Notes: a model not told the origin generated them from the sequence alone. A stretch of 35,199 nt of DNA from Synergistaceae bacterium (GCA_031289165.1 JAITPZ010000183.1:1-35199); one strand, 5' to 3'; counted from the stretch's first letter, positions 8,296-16,283 are shown. Program-made: numbers and translations.

Positions 8296-8862
8296 ATGTT
8301 CATGTTCAGAATGGCAGTCGTTGTTTTTGTTCCGGTGTTTCTTGCGCTGTGTTTCACGTTCCTTCCGGGGACGGCCCTCGCGGGCGAGCGCCCGGTCGCC
8401 GTGTTCGAGACGTCCGCGGGGACGTTCCGGGTGACGCTTTTCCTCGATCTCGCCCCGAATACGGCGCAGAACTTTATCGACCTGGCGCGGAAGAACTTCT
8501 ACGACGGGGTGATTTTTCATCGCGTGATCGATGGATTCATGATTCAGGGCGGCGACCCCACCGGAACGGGCCGGGGCGGCCCCGGCCACCAGATCCCCGA
8601 CGAGTTCGGCCCCGGCCTGAAGCACGACAAACCCGGCATTCTGTCCATGGCGAACGCGGGACCGAACACCGGCGGATCCCAGTTCTTCATCACCCTGGTT
8701 CCCACGCCGCACCTGGACGGAAAACACGCGATCTTCGGCGAGGTCGCGGAGGGCATGGACGTGGTCCGGGCCATCGGCAAAACGAAGACCGATCCCGGCG
8801 ACAGGCCCGAGGTCGACGTCGTCATGAAATCGGTCACGATCGAGGACGCGAAACAGGATTGA
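8296..8862 (+). CDS. ppiB: cyclophilin-type peptidyl-prolyl cis-trans isomerase with an N-terminal signal peptide
   Basis: FHRVIDGFMIQGGDP, SMANAGPNTGGSQFFIT and HAIFG motifs. I chose the ATG at 8296 because AAGGAG lies 6 nt upstream. The hydrophobic leader is MFMFRMAVVVFVPVFLALCF. The ORF-track start at 8017 overlaps the ankyrin gene and is rejected. Confidence 0.9.
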   Translation: MFMFRMAVVVFVPVFLALCFTFLPGTALAGERPVAVFETSAGTFRVTLFLDLAPNTAQNFIDLARKNFYDGVIFHRVIDGFMIQGGDPTGTGRGGPGHQIPDEFGPGLKHDKPGILSMANAGPNTGGSQFFITLVPTPHLDGKHAIFGEVAEGMDVVRAIGKTKTDPGDRPEVDVVMKSVTIEDAKQD

Positions 8863-8896
8863 GACTGCAGGCTGCCCGAAATTTTACGGAACGACG

Positions 8897-8945
8897 AGGC
8901 TTGAAACTCCAATATACGGGGTTTCAGGCCTTTGATTTCGATTTT
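8897..8945 (+). terminator. rho-independent terminator after the cyclophilin gene
   Basis: AGGCTTGAAAC (8897-8907) pairs with GTTTCAGGCCT (8921-8931) in 11 bp including one G.U. A T-rich tail TTTGATTTCGATTTTGTATT follows. Confidence 0.55.
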
Positions 8946-9101
8946 GTATTCCCGCCAGCGAAATGACTTCTTTACAGTTCCGTATATCCTCTCTAAAATA
9001 GTAAGTATTATAAGCAAATTTATTCGGATATCGTACCGGTTTTTAAAAAAAGACTGTATTTAACGCATCGATATCAGAAAATCCTTGAGGAGGGAATCGC
9101 G

Positions 9102-10304
9102 ATGAAAATTACCAGTGTGGAGATTTTTGACTGCGAGGTGAACCGGAAGGATCCGACGATGGCCGCGTTCAACCCGGTGCTGATTCGCGTCAACACGGAC
9201 GAGGGCATCAGCGGAATCGGCGAGGTGGGGCTTGCCTACGGAAACGCGTCGAAGGCGGCCGTGGGCATCGTCCGTGATCTGGGCAGGCTGATCGTCGGCA
9301 GAGACCCGATGAAGGTCGAGGCGCTGTGGGAGTACCTTTTTCGGGGAACCTTCTGGGGCATGGGCGGGGGGCCCGTCATCTACGGCGGCATGAGCGCCAT
9401 CGACATCGCCTGCTGGGATATCCGCGGCAAGGCCCTCAACGCTCCAATCTGGCAGCTTTTGGGCGGACGAACGAAGGAGGACCTGCGCACCTACGCGAGC
9501 CAGCTCCAGTTCGACTGGGGGCTGCAGTACAAGCGCCTGACGGAGCCCGCGCAGTATGCCGAGGCGGCGCGCAGGGCACTGGCGGAGGGGTACGACGCCA
9601 TCAAGGTCGATCCCCTTATGATCGACCGCAATGCCAACCGCCCCAACGAGTCCGACGAATCCTGGAACTTCTACGGCATCCTCAAAGCCGATCAGGTCAA
9701 AATGGCGGTGGACAGGGTTCGGGCCATGAGGAAGGAAGTGGGGCCCGACGTCGACATCATCATTGAGATTCATTCCTACCTGGGCGTCAACTCCGCAAAA
9801 CAGCTTGGCAGGGCGCTGGAGGAGTTCAATATTTTCTATTACGAAGAACCCCTGTACCCGATGCACGCGGAGAATATGGCGGAGGTGGCGGATAAGGTTC
9901 GGATACCGATCGCCTCGGGCGAGCGAATTTACACCCGCTGGGGCTACCGCCCCTTCATGGAAAAGGGCGCGCTCGCAGTCATACAGCCCGACCTGTGCCT
10001 GGTGGGAGGGATCACCGAGGGGAAGAAAATCTGCGACTTTGCCAACGTCTACGATGCCACGGTGCAGGTTCACGTGTGCGGCGGCCCCGTCTCCACCGCG
10101 GCGGCGCTGCAGGTCGAGTCGACGATTCCAAACTTCATCATTCATGAACACCACACTTACGCGCTCAAGTCGGCCATCCGGGAGCTCTGCAAATACGACT
10201 ACCAGCCCGAAAAGGGAATGTACCGGGCCCCGAACCTTCCGGGACTGGGGCAGGAACTGAACGACGGGGTCGTAAAGGACTATCTGGTCTGTACAATACA
10301 ATAA
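9102..10304 (+). CDS. enolase-superfamily (mandelate racemase/muconate lactonizing) sugar-acid dehydratase, galactonate/mannonate dehydratase-like
   Basis: 400-aa ORF with an N-terminal capping domain (GISGIGEV) and barrel metal-ligand contexts (AIKVDP, YYEEP, ASGER). GAGGAGGG lies upstream of the ATG. Confidence 0.85.
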   Translation: MKITSVEIFDCEVNRKDPTMAAFNPVLIRVNTDEGISGIGEVGLAYGNASKAAVGIVRDLGRLIVGRDPMKVEALWEYLFRGTFWGMGGGPVIYGGMSAIDIACWDIRGKALNAPIWQLLGGRTKEDLRTYASQLQFDWGLQYKRLTEPAQYAEAARRALAEGYDAIKVDPLMIDRNANRPNESDESWNFYGILKADQVKMAVDRVRAMRKEVGPDVDIIIEIHSYLGVNSAKQLGRALEEFNIFYYEEPLYPMHAENMAEVADKVRIPIASGERIYTRWGYRPFMEKGALAVIQPDLCLVGGITEGKKICDFANVYDATVQVHVCGGPVSTAAALQVESTIPNFIIHEHHTYALKSAIRELCKYDYQPEKGMYRAPNLPGLGQELNDGVVKDYLVCTIQ

Positions 10305-10321
10305 AGGAGGATAATTTTATT

Positions 10322-11368
10322 ATGAAGAAGGTACGCCTTACCGCTGTTCGCGCTCTCCTGTGTCTGTTGGCGCTCTGCGTCGTCGCCGGCCCCGCGGCCG
10401 CGAAAACGGCCATTCGCATCAACGCGGCCTCCAACCCCAAGGCTTCGCCGGATACGCCGACGATCCACTGGTATCAGAAATTCGCGGAACTCATGAAGGA
10501 GAAGGCGGGGGACGACGCGGACGTCAAAATTTACTGGGACAACCAGCTCGCCAAGACCTACCCCGACGGGATCAACGGGACTCAGAACCAGACCCTGCAG
10601 ATGTGCAACATCCCCGCGGCGTCTCTGGCCGAGTTTTCGAAGGCGATGATCCCCCTCAACGGGCTTTACGTCGTCCCCTTTCCCCACAATCAGATCGCCC
10701 GCAACGCCTTCGCCGGAGAGCTGGGCGAGAAGATTCGCGCGCAGGTCATTCAGGACACGGGACTCAGGATCGTTTCTTTCTGGGACTACGGTTTTCGGTA
10801 CATCCTGACGGCCAAAAAGCCCGTCACGAAGGTGGAGGATCTGAAGGGCATGAAATTTCGATGCCAGCCGAACCCCGTGCAGCTGGAGGCCTTCAGGGCC
10901 TACGGCGCCAATCCGACTCCCATCACCTACGCCGAGCTTTTCACGTCGCTTCAGCAGGGCGTCATCGACGGAACGGAAAACCCGCTGGTCAACGTTTACA
11001 TGTCGCGCCTGTACGAGGTCACCAGATACTTTACGAAAACGGGACATATCCTCGAGTTCAACGTCTGCCTCGTCAACGAGGACTGGTATCGGAAGCTCCC
11101 CGAAAACATCCGTAAGGCGTTTGACGAGTCCGTCGCCGAAGCGGACGTCGCGTTCAACGAGCAATTCGACAGGGCGGAGAGCAATTTCATGAAGGTCGTC
11201 GAGGAAAAGAAGATGGAAATTTTCGACGTCGCTCCGGAGGACGCCGCAAAGTTCGTCGAGATCGGCCGGGCGGCCTCCAGAGGGGAAATCATCAAACAGG
11301 TGGGCGAAGAGTACTACAACTACTTCATGGGCGAGCTGGAAAAAGCCGAAAAGGCCCTGCTGAAATAG
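10322..11368 (+). CDS. dctP: TRAP transporter substrate-binding protein (DctP family)
   Basis: 348-aa ORF with a signal peptide (LLALCVVAGPAAA) and a DctP-like body (KFRCQPNPV, GVIDGTENP). AAGGAGG lies upstream. Confidence 0.9.
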   Translation: MKKVRLTAVRALLCLLALCVVAGPAAAKTAIRINAASNPKASPDTPTIHWYQKFAELMKEKAGDDADVKIYWDNQLAKTYPDGINGTQNQTLQMCNIPAASLAEFSKAMIPLNGLYVVPFPHNQIARNAFAGELGEKIRAQVIQDTGLRIVSFWDYGFRYILTAKKPVTKVEDLKGMKFRCQPNPVQLEAFRAYGANPTPITYAELFTSLQQGVIDGTENPLVNVYMSRLYEVTRYFTKTGHILEFNVCLVNEDWYRKLPENIRKAFDESVAEADVAFNEQFDRAESNFMKVVEEKKMEIFDVAPEDAAKFVEIGRAASRGEIIKQVGEEYYNYFMGELEKAEKALLK

Positions 11369-11393
11369 ATTTCCCGCGTCGTCTCGATTTTCG

Positions 11394-11427
11394 AAAAAGG
11401 GGTTCGGAACTCCGGCCCCTTTTTTTA
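11394..11427 (+). terminator. intra-operon hairpin with a T-tract between dctP and dctQ (partial terminator or attenuator)
   Basis: AAAAAGGGGTT-cggaactcc-GGCCCCTTTTTTT. The stem has four G-C pairs and two G.U pairs, flanked by an A-tract and a T-tract. Confidence 0.4.
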
Positions 11428-11456
11428 TCTGGAAATCGGATTTGGGAGGCAAAATC

Positions 11457-11981
11457 ATGGTGTTTTTGAAATGGCTGGATAAAAATTTTGAAAGGGTCGT
11501 CGTTATCGCCGCGACGTTCATTCTGCTTTCGGCCTCTTTTCTCGGGGTGATGACGCGGTACGTATTCAACATGTCCCTGACCTGGACGGAGGAAATTTCT
11601 CTTTTCGCGCTGATCTGGCTCGCGTATTTCGGCGCGGCCATCTCCGTGACGCGCCGGCGCCATCTGCGCATCGAGCTGCTGCCCATGCTGCTGCTCGGCA
11701 AACGGGGGCAGAAGCTGGTCAATATCGTGGCCAACCTGGCCTTCCTGGGGTTCGCGCTTTTCATCGTCAGCGGGACGCTCGACATGACGCTTCTGGCCTG
11801 GAGGACGAATCAGGTATTCGCGGCCACGGGGATACGACGCTGGACCTCCATTGCGGCCGTTCCCTGCGCCTTTCTGGTGATCGCCCTGCGCGTCTTTCAG
11901 GACACGCTGCGCCACTGGAGCGAGTACAGGGCAATGGGTTTGGGCGGGGACGGGGACGATCCGGCTTCCGTCTCCGGATAG
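11457..11981 (+). CDS. dctQ: TRAP transporter small permease (DctQ family)
   Basis: About 174 aa with four hydrophobic segments. The ATG at 11457 has GGGAGG 7 nt upstream. The ORF-track TTG at 11442 overlaps that RBS. Confidence 0.85.
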   Translation: MVFLKWLDKNFERVVVIAATFILLSASFLGVMTRYVFNMSLTWTEEISLFALIWLAYFGAAISVTRRRHLRIELLPMLLLGKRGQKLVNIVANLAFLGFALFIVSGTLDMTLLAWRTNQVFAATGIRRWTSIAAVPCAFLVIALRVFQDTLRHWSEYRAMGLGGDGDDPASVSG

Positions 11982-12011
11982 ACGAACGAAAAACGGGAGG
12001 GGCGTACAAAT

Positions 12012-13289
12012 ATGGAACCTCTGATTTTGATGGGGCTTTTTTTCCTTTTTCTGGCGTCGAGCCTGCATATCGCGGTGGCGATTGGGCTGGCCGTCATTGG
12101 CTTCACGTTCTTCTACCCCGTCGGGAATCTCTCGTTCGTCGCGCTGAACATGTACACGGGGCTTTATTCTTTCCCGCTCCTGGCCATCCCCTTCTTCTGC
12201 CTGGTCGGCTCGATCATGGAGGGGGGTGGACTCTCCAAACGGCTCGTGGACGTGGCGGGCAAGGCGGTGGGAAACAAAACCTCCGGCCTGGCGATCGTCA
12301 CCATTCTCGCCTGCCTGTTCTTCGGGGCGATTTCGGGTTCGGCCCCCGCAACGGTGGCCGCAATCGGCGGCATCATGTTTCCCGAGATGAAAAAACACGG
12401 TTATCACAGGGAATTTGCGGCGGGCCTCATCGCTACGGCGGGGGGGCTGGGCATCATCATCCCGCCGAGCGTACCCATGGTCGTCTACGGCGTGGGAACT
12501 CAAACGTCCATCGGGGACCTTTTCCTGTGCGGCATCGTTCCCGGAATTACCTGCGGCGTTTTTCTGATGATCGTTTCGGTGCTGATCGGTAAAAAGCGCG
12601 GCTACCGCGGCGGGGAGAAAACGTCCCGCGGAGAGATGGGACGGGCCGTATGGGATGCGAAATGGGCTCTGGCCCTGCCGGTCATCATCCTGGGCGGCAT
12701 TTACAACGGAATTTTCACCCCCACGGAGGCGGGCGTCGTGGGGTGCGTCTACGCCCTTTTCGTCGCCTGTTTCATCTACCGGGAACTGACGTGGCGAAAA
12801 ATCCCGGACATTTTTGTCGACAACGCGTCGGTGGTGGGGATCATTTTTCTGACGTTCGGCGTGGCGAACTCCCTTTCCTTCCTGGTCTCGTTCACGCAGC
12901 TTCCGGACGCGCTGGCGACCGCGGTGGCCTCCATCTCCCAAAATAAATACGTGGTGCTGGCGATTATCAACGTTTTCCTCCTGATCGTCGGCATGCTCAT
13001 GGACACCATGTCCGCAAACCTGATTTTTTCCCCGCTGCTCCTTTCCATCGTCGCGCCCCTCGGGGTGGACCCGCTCCACTTCGGCATCATCGTCACGATC
13101 AACCTGGCGCTGGGGTTCGTCACTCCGCCCATGGCGACGAATCTCTACCTCACCTCCGCTCTGACGAAGGTGCCCGTCCCCGACGTCGTCAGGGAATCGC
13201 TGCCTTTTGTCGCCGCGATGATCGCGGCGCTGTTTCTCGTGACCTACGTACCCGAATTGAGCACGGGCATTTTAAAGCTGGTCCGTTAG
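12012..13289 (+). CDS. dctM: TRAP transporter large permease (DctM family)
   Basis: 425-aa polytopic ORF (about 12 TM) with typical DctM segments (GGLSKRL, FGAISGS, PPS.P.V.YG). GGGAGGGG lies upstream. Confidence 0.9.
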   Translation: MEPLILMGLFFLFLASSLHIAVAIGLAVIGFTFFYPVGNLSFVALNMYTGLYSFPLLAIPFFCLVGSIMEGGGLSKRLVDVAGKAVGNKTSGLAIVTILACLFFGAISGSAPATVAAIGGIMFPEMKKHGYHREFAAGLIATAGGLGIIIPPSVPMVVYGVGTQTSIGDLFLCGIVPGITCGVFLMIVSVLIGKKRGYRGGEKTSRGEMGRAVWDAKWALALPVIILGGIYNGIFTPTEAGVVGCVYALFVACFIYRELTWRKIPDIFVDNASVVGIIFLTFGVANSLSFLVSFTQLPDALATAVASISQNKYVVLAIINVFLLIVGMLMDTMSANLIFSPLLLSIVAPLGVDPLHFGIIVTINLALGFVTPPMATNLYLTSALTKVPVPDVVRESLPFVAAMIAALFLVTYVPELSTGILKLVR

Positions 13290-13454
13290 GTTCGGAAGCG
13301 AGCATCTCCGAGAGGCGATAAAAAGACTTCGCATGGGGATCGTCACCGCCCGACGGACCGAGTCGATGTATCGCCGGAAGGTCAAAACGCTCTTCGAACT
13401 CAGGCGGACGCAGAAATTCAGGATTTCATTCAGGCGCGCATCATTCGCGCTCCC

Positions 13455-13498
13455 AAAGGGATATCCTCGCCGGAAAGGCCCTCGGGATATCCCTTTTT
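13455..13498 (+). terminator. rho-independent terminator-like hairpin downstream of the TRAP operon
   Basis: AAAGGGATATCC (13455-13466) and GGATATCCCTTT (13485-13496) form a perfect 12-bp stem followed by TT. It lies about 165 nt after the dctM stop. Confidence 0.45.
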
Positions 13499-13524
13499 CG
13501 CTGTCGTTTCTCCATTCATCACGA

Positions 13525-14296
13525 TTACCTCCAGTTGGAGAGAAGTTGTTCAATCAGTTTTTTTCCCTTATCGGAAATGGCCTCGTCGTCGCACTCGTGT
13601 ACGGCCTTGGGTCAGATCTCTGAACACGTCCGCGCAGGGGGTATTCGAGAAGAGAGGCTCCATTTTCCCGACCTCGTCCTGCGCCTTCATCAAATCCTCC
13701 CGGATCAGGTTCGGCAGAGATTCTATGGTGCGTCTCGCCTCCTCCCGATCCAATGCCCCGAGGAAGATCGCACCTTCTCCCGAAGTGAGAGAACCCTCGC
13801 GGGAGCCTCCGGAAAAGGCCATCCGCAGCGATACGCTCATCTGGTCCAGCCGGGCCTCGAATTCCCGCAGAAACATACCGGGGTTCGCGTTTTTTTTCAA
13901 AAATCGTTTCTTCTCCGCGCCCGCTCTCTCTTCGATGCTTTCTTTCGGCCCCTTTTTGACGCATTGCTTCAACGCTTTTTCAAGACGGGACGCGCTTTCG
14001 GCTGTACTGGTCCCGTAAATCCTGGCATCCGGCCAGAAGAACCCGACGCTGATTGATGTGAACGCGGATCAGGACGGTTTTGCAGGGAATCAGGTTTCCG
14101 CGCCGATCCCTGTGCGTCCATTCAAAGGAGAGAAATCCCTTTTTCCCCGCCTCCGCGACGAGCTGCCGGTACTTTTCGGCGGAGGGCGCTCCGTCCGGCT
14201 GGCAGTACGGGGAAAAGCGCAGAACGTTTTCGACATGAACGGCCTTATTGCCGAAACCTCCGCGGCGGTATGTGTTTCGGGGGCCGATGCCCCGGG
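13525..14296 (-). pseudogene. frameshifted, start-less remnant of a conserved hypothetical gene (three reading-frame pieces)
   Basis: Protein-like translation is split over three minus-strand frames. Piece 1 is ...NKAVHVENVLRFSPYCQPDGAPSAEKYRQLVAEAGKKGFLSFEWTHRDRRGNLIPCKTVLIRVHINQRRV. Piece 2 is FFWPDARIYGTSTAESASRLEKALKQ...NTPCADVFRDLT. Piece 3 is KAVHECDDEAISDKGKKLIEQLLSNWR then stop. The frame switches fall at GGG and CCC runs, and the first piece has no start codon. Confidence 0.4.
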
Positions 14297-14300
14297 TCGT

Positions 14301-14356
14301 AAAAAGAAGAAGAGAGTTTGGGAGGGGACTCGCAAACTCTCTTCTTCTTTATTTGG
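14301..14356. terminator. strong hairpin, bidirectional terminator-like
   Basis: AAGAAGAAGAGAGTTTG (14304-14320) pairs perfectly with CAAACTCTCTTCTTCTT (14333-14349), a 17-18 bp stem with a 12-nt loop. There are U-rich tails on both strands (TTTATTT on plus, TTTTTAC on minus). Confidence 0.55.
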
Positions 14357-14364
14357 GGGGTGTT

Positions 14365-14390
14365 AAAAACGCCTGAACAGAAGGGGCGTT
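14365..14390 (-). terminator. first of two tandem minus-strand intrinsic terminators
   Basis: Minus strand: AACGCC-ccttctgttca-GGCGTT followed by TTTAAC. Confidence 0.4.
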
Positions 14391-14459
14391 ATCCGTAACG
14401 GCGAAATTCACCGTTAATTGCTGTTTTTATGATTCTCCTGTTTGTTTGTTCATGCGAAC

Positions 14460-14487
14460 ATTCTACATCAAAAATACATATTGTCAA
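14460..14487 (-). promoter_or_regulatory. near-consensus sigma70-type promoter, minus strand
   Basis: Minus strand: TTGACA (14487-14482), a 16-nt spacer, then TAGAAT (14465-14460). Confidence 0.5.
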
Positions 14488-14580
14488 CAGGGTAATCGAA
14501 AATATAAAAACCTTCTTACGGTGAGTTATTGAAAATCGAATCGCCCCCACGATTTCGGATGGTCGCCTTCAAAGTTGGAC

Positions 14581-14608
14581 TTGACACAAACTCACAATGC
14601 TATATTAT
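14581..14608 (+). promoter_or_regulatory. sigma70-type promoter for the DUF3793 gene (and possibly flavodoxin)
   Basis: TTGACA (14581-14586), a 16-nt spacer, then TATTAT (14603-14608), about 80 nt upstream of the ATG at 14689. It is divergent from the minus-strand promoter. Confidence 0.5.
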
Positions 14609-14688
14609 GTTCGCATTATCAAACTTAAACGAACTTCTTCGAAATTGTATTTGGAGGGTAAATCTGTGACGACGGTGGAGAAAATGCC

Positions 14689-15306
14689 ATGCACATCATG
14701 CAGACGTTCATGACCCTGATCAGGGACAGGGATACCGATGAGTACATCGAGTCGCTGCTTGCGTGTTTTGCCGCTCCGACAATCAGGGGCCTGAAGCCGG
14801 GGAGCCTGATCAACCTCTGCCGTCACGGGGACGACAATATCACCCTCGCCTGGCATTCCGAAAAGGAGGAGCTGCTCCGTAAATTTCGCCTGGAGGCGTT
14901 CACGTTTCCCCCTCGCCCGTCGTGCGACGCGTGGGAGCGAAACGCCGTGCTCGTTCTGCTGTACAGGAAGGAGCTTCTGGCCCGCGCGCTCTTCACGGAG
15001 GAGGCCGCCTCCATCCTGCGGCCTCTGGGATACGACCATCGCGCTTCCCGCGTGGAATCCTGCCTCGAACGCCTGGGGGAGCGTTTCAGGGAGAATTTTC
15101 CGCACGAGATCGGACTTTTTCTCGGCTATCCCCCGGAGGACGTGCGGGAGTTCATTCGCAATCGGGGCAGGGGCTGTCTTGCGACCGGATACTGGAAGGT
15201 TTACGGTGACGTGAGGGAAGCCAAACGCGCCTTTCAGCGGTTCAGGCGCGCGGAATACGACGCCGCGCGTTCCCTGATTCATGCCAAACTGAAATCAAAG
15301 TCATGA
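14689..15306 (+). CDS. DUF3793-family protein (function unknown)
   Basis: 205-aa ORF with KPGSLINL and HEIGLFLGYPPEDVREFI motifs that I recall as DUF3793. This family is commonly found next to flavodoxin in anaerobes. Confidence 0.7.
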   Translation: MHIMQTFMTLIRDRDTDEYIESLLACFAAPTIRGLKPGSLINLCRHGDDNITLAWHSEKEELLRKFRLEAFTFPPRPSCDAWERNAVLVLLYRKELLARALFTEEAASILRPLGYDHRASRVESCLERLGERFRENFPHEIGLFLGYPPEDVREFIRNRGRGCLATGYWKVYGDVREAKRAFQRFRRAEYDAARSLIHAKLKSKS

Positions 15307-15307
15307 T

Positions 15308-15411
15308 ATAGCGCTTTAACTTGAGTTTACTAATAGGAGGCTAAAAGTTTTCCTCGACAGTGAGCCGTTTTCAGCTGTTCTAACTTTAGACTTTTTACTT
15401 GAATTCACTAT
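15308..15411 (+). repeat. MITE-like AT-rich hairpin repeat, copy B (104 bp)
   Basis: ATAGCGCTTTAACTTGAG...ACTTGAATTCACTAT with the same invariant core GACAGTGAGCCGTTTT. It lies between the DUF3793 stop and the flavodoxin RBS. Confidence 0.85.
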
Positions 15412-15460
15412 ATCTCGTTCCGGCGGGTCCGGAAGAAAATTACACAGGGGAGGATTTTAC

Positions 15461-15889
15461 ATGTCCAAAATAATCGTTGTTTACTGGTCGGGCACGGGCA
15501 ACACCGAAAGGATGGCGGAACTGATCGCGCAGGGCGCGTCGGGCAGGGGGGCCGCCGTGACGCGCAAAAACGTCGGCGACACGAAGGTTTCGGAACTCGT
15601 CGAATACGACGTCGTCGCGCTTGGCTCCCCTTCCATGGGCGTCGAGACCATCGAAGAGGCCGAAATGGAGCCGTTCTTCGGGGAGGCCGCGTCTTCGCTG
15701 AAGGGGAAGAAAGTCGCCCTCTTCGGCTCCTATGGCTGGGGTAACGGAGAATGGCTGCGAACCTGGGCGGATCGCATGCGGGACGGCGGAGGGCAGCTCA
15801 TGGACGACGGGCTGGCCGTTCACGAAACGCCCGACGGCGACAGCGCCGCCCAATGTATCGCCTGGGGCGAAAAACTGGCCGCGTTTTAA
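15461..15889 (+). CDS. fldA: short-chain flavodoxin
   Basis: 142-aa ORF with the YWSGTGNTE FMN-phosphate loop and a FGSYGWG motif. AGGGGAGG lies upstream. Confidence 0.9.
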   Translation: MSKIIVVYWSGTGNTERMAELIAQGASGRGAAVTRKNVGDTKVSELVEYDVVALGSPSMGVETIEEAEMEPFFGEAASSLKGKKVALFGSYGWGNGEWLRTWADRMRDGGGQLMDDGLAVHETPDGDSAAQCIAWGEKLAAF

Positions 15890-15918
15890 GGAAGCACGAA
15901 AAGTATCTCAGGGAAGAA

Positions 15919-15948
15919 GAAGGGGCTTTCTATGCAGAAAGCCCCTTC
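15919..15948 (-). terminator. hairpin terminator overlapping the Hpt stop, placed between convergent genes
   Basis: GAAGGGGCTTTC-tatgca-GAAAGCCCCTTC forms a 12-bp stem. On the minus strand it is followed by TTCTTCTTCC. Confidence 0.5.
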
Positions 15949-16283
15949 ATTACGATGTCGATAGCCTTCACCGTCTCTTCGTAGGCCGTTTTGAAGGTCT
16001 CGAGAGACTCCTCGACTCCGGAGTTCGCCTTCAGACATGCCTCCAGGGACTGGCTGAGTTCATAAACCCGCATCAGGGAAAGGTTGGCTGCCACGCCTTT
16101 TACGGCATGGGCCGATTTTGCGGCGGCCTCGTTATCGCCCGCCTCGATTTCCTTCTTCAGCTGCTCGAAATACGGACTCTGAAGAAAAGTCGTCAGCAGC
16201 ATTTTAAAGAGCTTCGTATTTCCCCGTATTCGGCCCAGCGCTTTCTCGGTGTCGATGTATTGCTTCAGTTCTTCCTCGTTCAT
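15930..16283 (-). CDS. stand-alone histidine phosphotransfer (Hpt) domain protein
   Basis: 117-aa four-helix-type ORF with the phospho-His context SAHAVKGVAANL. Confidence 0.8.
   Translation of the reverse strand: MNEEELKQYIDTEKALGRIRGNTKLFKMLLTTFLQSPYFEQLKKEIEAGDNEAAAKSAHAVKGVAANLSLMRVYELSQSLEACLKANSGVEESLETFKTAYEETVKAIDIVMKGLSA

Larger units (their letters stand above)
14298..14453 (-). ncRNA. candidate short transcript (small RNA or attenuator leader) from the 14460-14487 promoter to the tandem terminators
   Basis: A near-consensus promoter is followed within about 90 nt and about 155 nt by two terminator hairpins. No plausible ORF lies in between apart from an 8-codon one. The call is purely structural. 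Confidence 0.25.

Noticed and set aside
13272-13553. 93-aa minus-strand ORF and 96-aa plus-strand ORF in the spacer after dctM
   Set aside because: No RBS and no recognisable motifs. The region is better explained by the 13455-13498 terminator hairpin plus decayed sequence. It may be a further gene remnant, but that cannot be supported.
14427-14453. 8-codon ORF (MNKQTGES) at the 5' end of the candidate minus-strand transcript, as a possible attenuation leader peptide
   Set aside because: The ATG would sit about 2 nt from the predicted transcription start with no RBS. The peptide has no run of regulatory codons. There is no evidence beyond the ATG.
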